A DNA stretch of 64,000 nt from an uncultured Clostridia bacterium (lineage in GTDB: Bacteria > Bacillota > Clostridia > Christensenellales > Borkfalkiaceae), in NCBI GenBank assembly GCA_947629485.1, contig CANRDX010000001.1, forward strand, positions 6,663 to 70,662, written 5' to 3'. Both the position numbers and the translations under genes were made by a program. Positions 27,004-37,163 of this stretch are shown one piece after another. The first letter of the stretch is position 1. Each line of letters opens with the position of its first letter. The notes beneath the pieces are model-generated. The model worked only from the letters and a program-made list of their open reading frames with translations. It was not told the DNA's origin and ran no database searches.

Positions 27004-28045
27004 GTTGAGATCCAAAAAATTGCTCGCGCTTCTCATTGCGGTCTCCGCAGTCGTGATCGTCGCCGGGATCGTGCTCTACGCTCTGCTCGGGTTCAATACC
27101 GCGCAGGATCTTTCGGGGAGCAAGGTGCTCGAAGTGACATACAGCGTCAACGTCGCGAGCGAGAACGTCGATGAGACGAACACGCCCGCCGGCGAAGTGC
27201 TGGAAACACAGTGCGAGGCGCTCATCAAAGCCGCGGGGCTTTCTTACAGCAAGGAAGTCGCCACGGGCAAGGTGTTCGACAGCGACGGCAGCAACATCGG
27301 CGACAGCTACGATACGATCGTGAGCTACACGCTCAACGGGGCTTCCGACGAGCAGCTCGCCACCCTCAAAGAGGCGATCGTAAGCTATGCCGCGGCTCCT
27401 ACTTCTCCCGAAGTGTTCCACCGTACGAGCGAAGAAGTCTCCGTCACATGGTATCAGACGGAGAGCGTCTCTTTCAACAAGGCGGCTTGGCGCGGCGCGA
27501 TCGCGCTCGCCGTCGGTGCGATCGTTGCGCTCGGATATCTCACGATCCGTTTCGGCGTGAGCTGCGGCGTTGCGGGGCTTGTCTGCTGCGCGCACGACGC
27601 GCTGTTCACCCTCGCATTCTTCGCGATCACGCGGATCCCCGTGTATTCCTTCGCGCCCCTTCTCTATGCCGCGATCGCAGCCTTTGTCTCCGTAGCGGTT
27701 TGGGCGGTTTTGAGCGTGCGGATCCGCACCAACATCAAGAGCGCCGAATTTGCGGGCAAGACGGGCACGGAGATCGCAAACGAAACGGTGAATTCTTCGT
27801 GGAAGTATGTCCTGATCGTCGCGGGCGTCGTTGCGGCGGTGATCGCCGTGTTCGGGATCGTCGCGGCAAGCGGAACGCGCGCGCTGGTGCTGCCTGCTCT
27901 GCTCGCTGCCGCGGTGCCCGCGTACTCGGCGCTGTTCATCGGCCCCGCCGTCTATACCCCCGTCCGCAAGGCGTTCGATGATCGCCGCGCCGCGAAGAAG
28001 GGCGGATACGTCGGGAAAAAGAAGAAGGCGGAGCTTTCGGAGTGA
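26996..28045 (+). CDS. secF: SecF-like protein translocase subunit (divergent)
   Basis: 349 aa. Contains the HDALFTLAFFAITRIP motif and overlaps secD by 8 nt. The GYSxNDT/FDRIREN region is degenerate. Confidence 0.7.
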   Translation: MSKLRSKKLLALLIAVSAVVIVAGIVLYALLGFNTAQDLSGSKVLEVTYSVNVASENVDETNTPAGEVLETQCEALIKAAGLSYSKEVATGKVFDSDGSNIGDSYDTIVSYTLNGASDEQLATLKEAIVSYAAAPTSPEVFHRTSEEVSVTWYQTESVSFNKAAWRGAIALAVGAIVALGYLTIRFGVSCGVAGLVCCAHDALFTLAFFAITRIPVYSFAPLLYAAIAAFVSVAVWAVLSVRIRTNIKSAEFAGKTGTEIANETVNSSWKYVLIVAGVVAAVIAVFGIVAASGTRALVLPALLAAAVPAYSALFIGPAVYTPVRKAFDDRRAAKKGGYVGKKKKAELSE

Positions 28046-28068
28046 CCCCTTATTCAGCGAATAGAGAG

Positions 28069-28093
28069 CGGCGGGCGAAGTCCCGCCGTTTTT
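28069..28093 (+). terminator. Intrinsic terminator
   Basis: Stem cggcggg/cccgccg, then ttttt. Confidence 0.7.
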
Positions 28094-28105
28094 GATAGGT
28101 AAGAG

Positions 28106-30415
28106 ATGAAGAAACTTGTTCGAGAATTTACATTTTCTCCCGAACAACTTCATACCGTAAAGGCGCTCTCCCGCGCCCTCGGGCTGACCGAGACGACGGC
28201 GGGGATCCTTTACGCGCGCGGCGTAGATACCGAAGAGAAGATGCGCGCCTTTCTTTCGCCCTCCGAGCGGAATTATCTCTCGCCCTTTTTGATGAAGGGC
28301 ATGCGGGAGGCGGTGGATCTTCTCCAAACCGCGCGCGCCGAGGGCTGGCGGGTCGCCGTATTCGGGGACTACGACGCGGACGGGATCGGCGCATGCGCCG
28401 TGCTCTCCCGCGCGCTCGTCGCCTTCGGCATCGAGCCGTATCTCTTCGTCCCCGAGCGGTCGGACGGCTACGGGCTTACGGAGGGCGCGATCGACCGCAT
28501 TTTCGATGAATTTCTTCCCGATCTCATCGTCACGGTAGATTGCGGTATTTCGTGCAAGCATGAGGTCGAATATATCAAGGAGCAGGGGGCGTACGTCATC
28601 GTCACCGATCACCACGAGCTGCCCCCCGAGCTTCCCGACTGCATCGTGATCAATCCGAAGTTGAAGGACGATTACCCCTACGATAACCTGTGCGGCGCGG
28701 GCGTGGCGTTCAAACTTGCGCAGGCGCTCATCGGAAATAAGGCTTACCCGCTCGCCGACTTTGCGGCGCTCTCCACCGTGGCGGACAGCGTCCCCCTCCT
28801 CGGGGAGAACCGCGATATCGTCGCGGAGGGGCTGAAACGCATTGCGAACGCGCCCCGTCCCTGTTTTTCGGCGCTCCTCGGGAAGGCGGGGGAGGTGACC
28901 GCGACCACGCTCGCCTTCACCGTTGCGCCCCGTATCAACGCCGCGGGGAGAATGGGCGACGCCGCCTCCGCCCTCAAACTCTTTACGAGCGAGGACGAAG
29001 GGGAGATCTTCGAGCTTGCCGCCCGCCTCAACGCCTACAATCTCGAACGGCAGAAGCTGTGCGACGAGCTTTACGCGCGCGTATCCTCCGAGATCGCCGC
29101 CGAGGGACCTTATCAGAACGTCGTCATGCTCGCGGGCGACGATTGGCACGCGGGGTTTGTCGGCATCGTAGCGGCGCGCATCGCCGAAGAATTCTCCCGC
29201 CCCGCCCTCCTCTTCGTGCGCCGCGGGGAACTTCTCAAAGGGAGCGCGCGCAGTATCGAGAACATCAATATCTTCGACGCGCTCAAAAATTGCAGCGGCC
29301 TTATCGAAGAATTCGGCGGCCACGCGCAGGCGGCGGGCATCAACGTGCGTGAGGAGAACTTCGGCGCGCTCAAAGAGGCGCTCGACGCCTACATCGGCTC
29401 CCGCTACGACCGCGAGGACTTCGTTCCCTCCGTCACGGTGGCGGGGGAGGGGACGGAGGAGTTCCGCACGATCGCGAAAGAGCTTCTTCTCCTCGAACCG
29501 TGCGGCATGGGGAACCGCCGTCCGCTCTTCTTTGTGCGGGCGGGCAGGGTAGACGCCGCCCCCCTCAAACCGCTCTCGCCCCACCTCTCCATGAATATCG
29601 GCGGCGTGGAATTCGTGTACTTCAACGGCGTCAAAGATCTTGCCGTTTTGCGGAGCGATCTCGAAAAGAAGATCGTGTTTGAATATAACGTCTCCCGCTT
29701 CAAGGGGAAGGAATACGTCAAGGGCTTCGTGCGCTGCGTGATCGCCGACGGAATGAGCGGGAAGGACGTGGAACTGGACGCATTGGAGAACACCCTGCGC
29801 CTGCTTCCGCGGGGGGAGCATGCCGAGCGCTTCTCCGCTTCGGCGCTCAACGACTTCATCGAAACACGCGTGGAGCGGTGCGCCTACGGATTGTGCGCGG
29901 TCGCGCACGACCGCGCGACGCTAAAAAAATATCCCGCGCTGCGCGGCATTCCGCCCGATGTGTTCCGCCTCTCCGCGGCAAGCGCGGCGAACGCCGTGCT
30001 CTTCGCGCCCGAGGAGTCGTGTTCCCTTGCCGCTTTCCGCGAGATCGTCGTGCTCGACGGGGTGGCGGCGCTTCCCGAAACGGGCAATGCGCGCGTGCTT
30101 GCGTGCGACGAGATCGCGGACATGGCTGCCATGAAAGCGATATCGTGCGTGCGGGAAGACCTTCTTAAAGTGTTCTCCGCCTTGAAGAGAGCGGAGGGCG
30201 AGGATACGGGCATGGGTTATGCGGAAGCGGCGCGCGCCCTTTCGCAGAAATTGCCGTGGATCGCGCGGGAGCAGCTCGTGTTCGCGCTCGCGGTGTTCGA
30301 GGAGCTTGGTCTTATCTCGCTGGATGGCGGCAGGCTCCGCCTCATGCGCGGCGTACATACGGATCTGAATCATTCCGCGATCTATAAGGCGGTCTGCCGT
30401 CTTGGGGAGGATTGA
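28106..30415 (+). CDS. recJ: Single-stranded-DNA-specific exonuclease RecJ
   Basis: DHH motifs VFGDYDADGIGACA, TVDCGIS, VTDHH, and the DHHA1 motif GGHAQAAG. Confidence 0.93.
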   Translation: MKKLVREFTFSPEQLHTVKALSRALGLTETTAGILYARGVDTEEKMRAFLSPSERNYLSPFLMKGMREAVDLLQTARAEGWRVAVFGDYDADGIGACAVLSRALVAFGIEPYLFVPERSDGYGLTEGAIDRIFDEFLPDLIVTVDCGISCKHEVEYIKEQGAYVIVTDHHELPPELPDCIVINPKLKDDYPYDNLCGAGVAFKLAQALIGNKAYPLADFAALSTVADSVPLLGENRDIVAEGLKRIANAPRPCFSALLGKAGEVTATTLAFTVAPRINAAGRMGDAASALKLFTSEDEGEIFELAARLNAYNLERQKLCDELYARVSSEIAAEGPYQNVVMLAGDDWHAGFVGIVAARIAEEFSRPALLFVRRGELLKGSARSIENINIFDALKNCSGLIEEFGGHAQAAGINVREENFGALKEALDAYIGSRYDREDFVPSVTVAGEGTEEFRTIAKELLLLEPCGMGNRRPLFFVRAGRVDAAPLKPLSPHLSMNIGGVEFVYFNGVKDLAVLRSDLEKKIVFEYNVSRFKGKEYVKGFVRCVIADGMSGKDVELDALENTLRLLPRGEHAERFSASALNDFIETRVERCAYGLCAVAHDRATLKKYPALRGIPPDVFRLSAASAANAVLFAPEESCSLAAFREIVVLDGVAALPETGNARVLACDEIADMAAMKAISCVREDLLKVFSALKRAEGEDTGMGYAEAARALSQKLPWIAREQLVFALAVFEELGLISLDGGRLRLMRGVHTDLNHSAIYKAVCRLGED

Positions 30416-30430
30416 GTGGAAGCAATTCTC

Positions 30431-32545
30431 ATGAAAATCTACGAATATTACTCGGGGGACGACCGCGAAATGCTCCTTCGCGCGTACGACTTTGCCAAGC
30501 AAGCGCACCAAAACCAGAAGCGCGCTTCGGGAGAGCCGTACTTCATCCACCCGTGTGCCGTGGCGGGGATCCTCGTCGAGCTGGGGCTGGACGCGGAGAC
30601 GATCGCCGCGGCGCTTCTGCATGACGTCATCGAAGATACGCCCGCCACAGAGGACGATATCCGCCGCGAATTCGGCGATGTTGTGCTCGGGCTTGTCTCC
30701 GGCGTCACCAAGCTCGACCGGATCGTTTTCAAATCGCAGGAAGAGGAGGAGGCGGAGAATTTCCGCAAGATCTTCATCGCGATGGCAAAGGATATCCGCG
30801 TCATCATCATCAAACTTGCCGACCGCCTGCACAATATGCGCTCGCTCAACTATCTTTCGCCCGAGCGCCAGCAGAAGATGGCGCAGGAGACCCTCGATAT
30901 CTATGCCCCAATCGCGGGGAGATTGGGTATCAGTCAGGTCAAGTGCGAGCTGGAAGATCTCTGCCTCAAATATCTCGACCCCGCGGCGTTTGAATTCCTT
31001 GTGGAAAACATCCACCAAAAGATCGAGGAGCGGACGAGATTCGTCAACTCCGTCGTGGAGGAGATCAAGAAGATCCTCGCCGAATCGAATATTCAGGGCG
31101 AGGTGTTCGGCAGACCCAAACACTTTTATTCCATCTATAAAAAGATGAAGACCAAGCACCGCACCCTCGAACAGATCTACGATCTCACGGCGGTGCGCGT
31201 CATCGTCGCCACCATCGACGAATGCTACGAAGTGTTCGGCAAGATCCATAAGCAGTGGAAGCCCGTCCCGGGGCGGATCAAGGACTACATCGCAACGCCC
31301 AAGCCCAACATGTATCAGTCGCTGCACACGACGGTCGTCACCGACTTCGGGCAGCCCTTTGAAATTCAGATAAGGACGGTGGAAATGCACCGCACGGCGG
31401 AATACGGTATCGCGGCGCATTGGAAGTATAAGGAACAGCGGGATACGGAGACCACCCTCGACCAGCGCATCGCATGGATCCGCGAGATGATGGAGTTGCA
31501 GCGCGGCGTCAAGGACTCGAAGGAGTTCATGAATACGGTGAAGGAGGAGCTTTACAGCCCCGAACTTCTCGTGTTCACCCCGCGGAGCAAGGTCATCTCC
31601 CTGCCCGAGGGCGCGACCCCCGTGGATTTCGCCTATGCCATCCACTCCGAAGTGGGCAATCACTGCATCGGAGCGAAAGTCAACGGGAAGATCGTCCCCC
31701 TCAACTCGCCGCTCGAACTTGGCGACGTCGTGGAGATCATCACTTCTCCGACGAGCAAAGGCCCCTCCCGCGATTGGCTCAAATTCATCAAGTCCTCGTC
31801 TGCGCGGGCGAAGATCAAGCAGTTCTACAAGAAGCAGACGAAGGAAGAGAATATCAAATTGGGCAAGAGCATGCTCGAAGACGCCGCCAAACGGAAGGGC
31901 TTTTCTTTGAGCGAACTGCTCACGCCCGAGAGCTTCAAAAAGGTCTCGGAAAAGCTCACGTTCGACTCGCAGGACGAGATGTTCGCCGCCATCGGATACG
32001 GCGCGGTCTCCGTCAATCAGGTATTTTTCAAGCTCGTAGATTACTTCCGCAAGGAAGTCCCGCAGCCCGTGGAGCTTCGCCCCTTCAAGGAGAAGAATAC
32101 TTCGGGGACGGTGACGGTGAAAGGGCTTTCGGGGCTGCTCGTCTCCTTTGCGGGCTGTTGTTCGCCCGTCCCCGGAGACGACATCGTGGGCTTTGTCACG
32201 CGGGGAAGGGGGGTCGTCATCCACAGGCGCGATTGCCCCAATATCCGCAATGCGGAGCCTGAGCGCATGCAGCCCGCGGAATGGGTGGCGAGCGCGGGGG
32301 CGGCGCGCTTCCGTGCGGCGATCGTCGTCTATGCCGACGAGCAGGGCGCCGCGCTCTCGGCGATCTCGCAGGCGACGGCGGATATGAAGCTCTCCATCAC
32401 TTCCATCAACGGAAGATACGATAAGAACAACGCGGCGATCGTAGAGGTCACCGTAAGTTTGCTCAGCAAGCAGGACGTCGAGGTGCTCATCGGGAAGATC
32501 ATGAACCGCGCGGGGATCCGCGACGTCCACAGAATGAGCAATTAG
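30431..32545 (+). CDS. rel: Bifunctional (p)ppGpp synthetase/hydrolase
   Basis: HD hydrolase motif (HDVIEDT), synthetase region (YSIYKKM..QIRT), and TGS and ACT regions. ATG 30431 is preferred over the GTG at 30416. Confidence 0.93.
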   Translation: MKIYEYYSGDDREMLLRAYDFAKQAHQNQKRASGEPYFIHPCAVAGILVELGLDAETIAAALLHDVIEDTPATEDDIRREFGDVVLGLVSGVTKLDRIVFKSQEEEEAENFRKIFIAMAKDIRVIIIKLADRLHNMRSLNYLSPERQQKMAQETLDIYAPIAGRLGISQVKCELEDLCLKYLDPAAFEFLVENIHQKIEERTRFVNSVVEEIKKILAESNIQGEVFGRPKHFYSIYKKMKTKHRTLEQIYDLTAVRVIVATIDECYEVFGKIHKQWKPVPGRIKDYIATPKPNMYQSLHTTVVTDFGQPFEIQIRTVEMHRTAEYGIAAHWKYKEQRDTETTLDQRIAWIREMMELQRGVKDSKEFMNTVKEELYSPELLVFTPRSKVISLPEGATPVDFAYAIHSEVGNHCIGAKVNGKIVPLNSPLELGDVVEIITSPTSKGPSRDWLKFIKSSSARAKIKQFYKKQTKEENIKLGKSMLEDAAKRKGFSLSELLTPESFKKVSEKLTFDSQDEMFAAIGYGAVSVNQVFFKLVDYFRKEVPQPVELRPFKEKNTSGTVTVKGLSGLLVSFAGCCSPVPGDDIVGFVTRGRGVVIHRRDCPNIRNAEPERMQPAEWVASAGAARFRAAIVVYADEQGAALSAISQATADMKLSITSINGRYDKNNAAIVEVTVSLLSKQDVEVLIGKIMNRAGIRDVHRMSN

Positions 32546-32553
32546 GGGGGCGT

Positions 32554-33168
32554 ATGCGCGTCGTTTCCCTCCATGCGGCGGCGGGCTTTGCCGCCAACTG
32601 CTATCTTATCAGCGAGGACGGAGAAAACGCCGTCGCCGTCGATCCCTCCTTTCCGCTTGTCGTCGAAGAGGCAGAAAAGCGGGGGTTGAAGATCGGCGCG
32701 GCGCTTTTGACGCACGGGCATTTCGACCATATCGGCGGCTGTGCCGCTGTCCGCAGGGCGGGCGGAAAGGTGGGCTGTCTCTCGCAAGAAGTCTCGCTCG
32801 CGATGGGGAAGGAGAACCTTTCGGAGATGTTCGGCTGCCCCGTCGAGCCCTTTTCGGTAGATTTTCTTCTGCGCGACGGCGAAACTTTCGAGCGGTTCGG
32901 CATTTCCTTTACCGTGATATCGACGCCCGGGCACACCGCGGGGAGCTGTTGCTATCTCGCATGCGGCGGAGCGGACGCGCCCGCGCTCTTTTCGGGCGAC
33001 ACGCTCTTTTGCGGCGACGTGGGCAGGTGCGACCTTCCCACGGGCGACGAGGCGGCGCTCAAACACAGCCTGAAAAAACTTTTGAAACTGCCCGATTGCA
33101 CGGTCTATCCCGGGCATGGTATGCCGACAACTCTTCTGAAAGAACGAAATCTTCTATTGGATCTCTGA
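32554..33168 (+). CDS. MBL-fold metallo-hydrolase (hydroxyacylglutathione hydrolase-like)
   Basis: THGHFDHIGG metal motif, plus TPGHTAGS and the distal GH. Confidence 0.85.
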   Translation: MRVVSLHAAAGFAANCYLISEDGENAVAVDPSFPLVVEEAEKRGLKIGAALLTHGHFDHIGGCAAVRRAGGKVGCLSQEVSLAMGKENLSEMFGCPVEPFSVDFLLRDGETFERFGISFTVISTPGHTAGSCCYLACGGADAPALFSGDTLFCGDVGRCDLPTGDEAALKHSLKKLLKLPDCTVYPGHGMPTTLLKERNLLLDL

Positions 33169-33171
33169 ATC

Positions 33172-34548
33172 ATGCTGACTTCCCGCGATCGCTGGCTCGA
33201 ACCCGAGCTTATGGACGTCGTCCGCCTTTTTTACGGGGCGGAGGACAGAGAGATCGCCCACGCGTGCGAACGCGAGGGCGACATTTTCCGCAACGTCTTT
33301 TTCTTTGAGGGGAAGGAGCGCGTCTTTGTTGACCGCGCAACGTACAGTTCGGCGGGAGAGGAAAAGAGCCTCGCAAAACGGTTCGCCAAGCTGGGGTTAT
33401 ACACCATTCTTTCCGAATTTTACGGAAAAAAACTGCCGTGGGGGTCGCTCACGGGGATCCGTCCCACCCGTCTCGCCCGCGCGCACGGAGAGGAGGGCTT
33501 CGAGGAATTCTTCCGCGGGCTTGGCGTCTGCGAGGAGAATATCGCGCTCACCGCGCGCGTGATCGCGGGGCAGAGGGGGATCTATGAGGAGAGGGAAGGC
33601 AACTGCGATCTCTTCGTCTCCCTTCCGTTCTGCCCGACGAAGTGCGTCTACTGCTCCTTCATCACCGCGCCCATTGCGGGCACAAAGCAGTATGTTCCCG
33701 CCTATCTCGACGCGCTCGAACAAGAGCTTGCCGCCGCCGCGCCCCTGATCGGGCGGCTCCGCTCCGTCTATATCGGCGGAGGAACGCCCTTCGTGCTCGG
33801 GGCAGAGGAGCTTGAACGCGTATTCAAAGCCGTCGCGCCGCTGCGTTCGGGGGAGGAATACACGGTGGAGGCGGGCAGGGCGGACGTGTTCACCGAAGAA
33901 AAACTGCGGCTGTGCAAGGAGTACGGCGTCACGCGGATCTGCATCAACGCGCAGAGTTTTTCCGACCGCACGCTCGAAGCGATCGGCAGGAAACACACCG
34001 CCGCCGACGTGATCCGCGCCTTTGAAATGGCGGAGCCGTTCGGCTTCGATATCAACTGCGATCTCATCGCCGGGCTTACGGGGGAAACGCTCGGGGAATT
34101 CCGAAAAAGCGTGGATACCGCCGTTGCCCTATCCCCTGCGAACATCACCGTCCACACGCTCTGCCTCAAAAAGGGAGCGCGGCTCAAAGAGGAGACGAGC
34201 GCGCTTTCCGAGGGGGGCATGTCCGAGATGATCGCCTACTCGCGCGAAAAACTCACCGCGGCGGGGTACGAGCCTTACTATCTCTACCGCCAAAAATACA
34301 TGGCGGGTGCGCACGAGAACGTGGGCTGGACGAAACCGGGGCACGCCTGCGTGTATAATATCGACGTCATGGAGGAGATCGCGGATAACCTTGCCGTCGG
34401 CAGCAACGCCGTCTCCAAAAAAGTTTTTCTGAAAGAGGGGAGGATCGAGCGGCTCGGAAGCCCGAAGGATATCCCCACCTATCTTTCCAAAGCGGAAAAG
34501 ATCGCGGCGGAAAAGAGCGCGCTCTTCACGGGCGAAGGGCGGCGGTGA
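33172..34548 (+). CDS. HemN-family radical SAM protein (HemZ-like coproporphyrinogen dehydrogenase family)
   Basis: CPTKCVYCSF cluster motif, with an N-terminal extension of about 130 aa as in HemZ-type members. Confidence 0.75.
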   Translation: MLTSRDRWLEPELMDVVRLFYGAEDREIAHACEREGDIFRNVFFFEGKERVFVDRATYSSAGEEKSLAKRFAKLGLYTILSEFYGKKLPWGSLTGIRPTRLARAHGEEGFEEFFRGLGVCEENIALTARVIAGQRGIYEEREGNCDLFVSLPFCPTKCVYCSFITAPIAGTKQYVPAYLDALEQELAAAAPLIGRLRSVYIGGGTPFVLGAEELERVFKAVAPLRSGEEYTVEAGRADVFTEEKLRLCKEYGVTRICINAQSFSDRTLEAIGRKHTAADVIRAFEMAEPFGFDINCDLIAGLTGETLGEFRKSVDTAVALSPANITVHTLCLKKGARLKEETSALSEGGMSEMIAYSREKLTAAGYEPYYLYRQKYMAGAHENVGWTKPGHACVYNIDVMEEIADNLAVGSNAVSKKVFLKEGRIERLGSPKDIPTYLSKAEKIAAEKSALFTGEGRR

Positions 34549-34561
34549 GGTTTTAAGGCAG

Positions 34562-34591
34562 AAAAAAACGGCGGTCGCCCGCCGATTTTTT
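34562..34591. terminator. Bidirectional intrinsic terminator (hemZ-like / fba convergent)
   Basis: Stem cggcgg/ccgccg with loop tcgc, flanked by A7 and T6. Confidence 0.8.
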
Positions 34592-34600
34592 ATGCTGTTT

Positions 34601-35536
34601 TTATGCTTTTCCAGCGGAGCCGAGCACGTCGCAGATCTTGTGCTTGACCATTTCCTTCATGCTTGCGCGCGCGTCGGTGAGGTATTGGCGGGGGTCGAAG
34701 TGCGAGGGATTTTCCGCAAAGTGCTTTCTGATCGCCGCCGTGAACGCCACGCGCAGATCGGAGTCGATATTGATCTTGCAGACCGCGAGCGCCGCGGCTT
34801 TTTTCAGCTCGCTCTCGGGAATGCCGATGGCGTTGGGCATGGAGCCGCCGAAGCGGTTGACAATGGCGACCTGATCCTGCGGGACGCTGGACGCGCCGTG
34901 CAGCACGATGGGGAAGCCGGGTAGCCTTCTGCCGATCTCTTCGAGGATATCGATGCGCAGTTTGGGATCCTGCCCGGGTTTGAATTTATAGGCGCCGTGC
35001 GACGTGCCGATCGCGATCGCGAGGGAGTCGATCCCCGTCCTTTGGGTGAATTCTTCCACTTCGTCGGGGGAAGTGAACTGCGCGTCGTGGTCGGCGACCT
35101 TCACGTCGTCCTCGATGCCCGCGAGTTTCCCAAGTTCCGCCTCGACGACGACGCCGTGCGCATGCGCGTATTCCACGACTTTCTTCGTGAGGGCGATGTT
35201 TTCTTCCCACGGTTTGGAAGAAGCGTCGATCATGACGGAAGTGAATCCGCCGTCGATAGACGCCTTGCAGATCTCGAAATCGGCGCCGTGGTCGAGGTGC
35301 ATGGCGACGGGGATATCCGTCGTCTCCACCGCCGCCGCCACGAGGTGGCGCAGATACACGGGGTTGGCGTATTTTCTCGCGCCCGCCGAGACTTGAAGGA
35401 TCACGGGGGAGCGGCATTCGTTCGCCGCTTCGACGATCGCTTGGATCATCTCCATGTTGTTGACGTTGAAAGCGCCGACGGCGTAGTGCCCCTCATACGC
35501 TTTTTTGAACATTTCGGTTGTCGTTACCAAAGGCAT
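34601..35536 (-). CDS. fba: Class II fructose-1,6-bisphosphate aldolase
   Basis: [16 protein letters not shown] and LHGASSVP motifs. GGAGGAAC RBS. Confidence 0.95.
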   Translation of the reverse strand: MPLVTTTEMFKKAYEGHYAVGAFNVNNMEMIQAIVEAANECRSPVILQVSAGARKYANPVYLRHLVAAAVETTDIPVAMHLDHGADFEICKASIDGGFTSVMIDASSKPWEENIALTKKVVEYAHAHGVVVEAELGKLAGIEDDVKVADHDAQFTSPDEVEEFTQRTGIDSLAIAIGTSHGAYKFKPGQDPKLRIDILEEIGRRLPGFPIVLHGASSVPQDQVAIVNRFGGSMPNAIGIPESELKKAAALAVCKINIDSDLRVAFTAAIRKHFAENPSHFDPRQYLTDARASMKEMVKHKICDVLGSAGKA

Positions 35537-35569
35537 AAATCAGTTCCTCCGAACAAATCATTTTTCCAA

Positions 35570-35598
35570 ATTATACCGCATTCCCAAAAAAATTGCAA
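35570..35598 (-). promoter_or_regulatory. Consensus sigma-A promoter for fba
   Basis: Minus strand reads TTGCAA, 17-nt spacer, TATAAT. Confidence 0.65.
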
Positions 35599-35678
35599 GA
35601 GGAATCGAAGCAAACGAAGGTATTTTTTACGCTGCGCTTGGGAAGAACTTCACACATGGAAAAATTCGGAAAAAAACG

Positions 35679-35707
35679 TTGACGGGAACGGAAAAGCGTG
35701 GTATAAT
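35679..35707 (+). promoter_or_regulatory. Consensus sigma-A promoter for gap
   Basis: TTGACG, 17-nt spacer, TATAAT. Confidence 0.7.
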
Positions 35708-35768
35708 AGCGCATGGAAATAAAGGCTCCCTCAGGGTGCCGAAAACGAAATCGGAGGAACAGTTTCAA

Positions 35769-36791
35769 ATGGCAAACGTAAAAGTTGCAATCAACGGATT
35801 CGGGCGCATCGGCCGCCTCGCATTCAGGCAGATGTTCAGAGCAAAGGGCTATGAGATCGTTGCGATCAACGACCTTACCACCCCCTCGATGCTTGCGCAC
35901 CTTTTGAAGTACGACAGCGCGCAGGGCAGATACGCGCTTGCGGATAAGGTCTCCGCCAACGACGAGGAGAGAACGCTCACCGTCGACGGCACAACGATCA
36001 AGATCTACGAGGAGAAGGACGCGAAGAATCTTCCGTGGAAGGAACTCGACGTAGACGTCGTGCTCGAATGCACGGGCTTCTACACCTCGAAGGCGAAGTC
36101 GCAGGCGCACATCGACGCCGGCGCGAAGAAGGTCGTCATTTCCGCGCCCGCGGGCAACGATCTTCCCACCATCGTCTACGGTGTCAACGAAAAGACGCTC
36201 AAAGCGACGGATACCATCATCTCCGCGGCGAGCTGCACGACGAACTGCCTTGCGCCTATGGCGAACACGCTGAACAACATCTATCCCATCGTTTCGGGTA
36301 TCATGACGACCGTTCACGCCTTCACGGGCGACCAGATGGTGCTCGACGGCCCGCACCGCAAGGGCGACCTGCGCAGGGCGCGCGCGGCGGCGGTCAACAT
36401 CGTTCCCAATTCCACGGGCGCGGCGAAGGCGATCGGCCTCGTCATTCCCGCTCTGAACGGCAAGCTCATCGGCAGCGCGCAGCGCGTTCCCGTTCCCACC
36501 GGCTCCACGACCATTCTCGTCGCGGTCGTCAAGGGCAAGGACGTCACGAAGGATTCCATCAATGCGGCGATGAAGGCCGCGGCGTCCGCTTCCTTCGGCT
36601 ACACCGAAGAACCGCTCGTCTCCTCCGATATCATCGGGATCACGCACGGCTCCCTGTTCGACGCAACGCAGACGATGGTCACGAAGATCGACGACGATAC
36701 CTATCAGGTACAGGTCGTCGCGTGGTACGACAACGAGAACAGCTACACCTCCCAGATGGTGCGCACGATCAAATATTTCGCCGAACTGTAA
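35769..36791 (+). CDS. gap: Type I glyceraldehyde-3-phosphate dehydrogenase
   Basis: INGFGRIGR and the catalytic SCTTNCLAP motif. Start placed at ATG 35769. The 88-codon upstream extension in the ORF track spans the promoter and is rejected. Confidence 0.95.
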   Translation: MANVKVAINGFGRIGRLAFRQMFRAKGYEIVAINDLTTPSMLAHLLKYDSAQGRYALADKVSANDEERTLTVDGTTIKIYEEKDAKNLPWKELDVDVVLECTGFYTSKAKSQAHIDAGAKKVVISAPAGNDLPTIVYGVNEKTLKATDTIISAASCTTNCLAPMANTLNNIYPIVSGIMTTVHAFTGDQMVLDGPHRKGDLRRARAAAVNIVPNSTGAAKAIGLVIPALNGKLIGSAQRVPVPTGSTTILVAVVKGKDVTKDSINAAMKAAASASFGYTEEPLVSSDIIGITHGSLFDATQTMVTKIDDDTYQVQVVAWYDNENSYTSQMVRTIKYFAEL

Positions 36792-36806
36792 TAGGTTAAA
36801 TACAAA

Positions 36807-36835
36807 ATGCCGTCCCTTGCGGGGCGGCATTTTTC
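36807..36835 (+). terminator. Intrinsic terminator after gap
   Basis: 10-bp stem atgccgtccc/ggggcggcat (one wobble pair), then ttttc. A second GC hairpin follows at 36838-36864. Confidence 0.8.
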
Positions 36836-36901
36836 TCTGCCCGCCGCCCTGTTTGCGGCGGGCATGTCATGCCTTCTGCCCGTCTTGCATAAAATAGAGA
36901 A

Positions 36902-37159
36902 ATGAGGCTTTCGGAGGAAATTTTCAAGGCGCTCGGCGGAGAGGGGGAAACGTCCCGCGTGCGCTATACCGTCGTAGACGGCAGGGGCGGCTACTTTCAG
37001 AACGTGAAGCGGCTGCCCGAATTTTCCTCGGGCGTCGTCGTGCTCCGCGGCAGGCGGGGCGGCGTGCGCGTGGAGGGGAACGGCCTTTCCCTCGGCAAGT
37101 ATTGTGCGGGGGACGTCTGCGTGCTCGGCGACATCGTGCGCGTCTCGCGGGAGGAGTGA
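36902..37159 (+). CDS. yqfC: YabP/YqfC-family sporulation protein
   Basis: 85 aa. YabP-like core VVLRGRRGGVRVEGNGLSLGKYCAGDVCVLGDI. Located immediately upstream of yqfD, as in Bacillus. Confidence 0.75.
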   Translation: MRLSEEIFKALGGEGETSRVRYTVVDGRGGYFQNVKRLPEFSSGVVVLRGRRGGVRVEGNGLSLGKYCAGDVCVLGDIVRVSREE

Positions 37160-37163
37160 GAGC

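Noticed and set aside
35505-35768. N-terminal extensions offered by the ORF track for gap, era (40728), tgt (21201), ruvA (18073), upp (14135), pnp (55873), yggS (55554) and the PLC-like gene (54715).
   Set aside because: The extensions run through promoters, terminators or repeats and have non-coding-like composition. Each conserved protein N-terminus begins at an internal ATG preceded by a GGAGG-type RBS.
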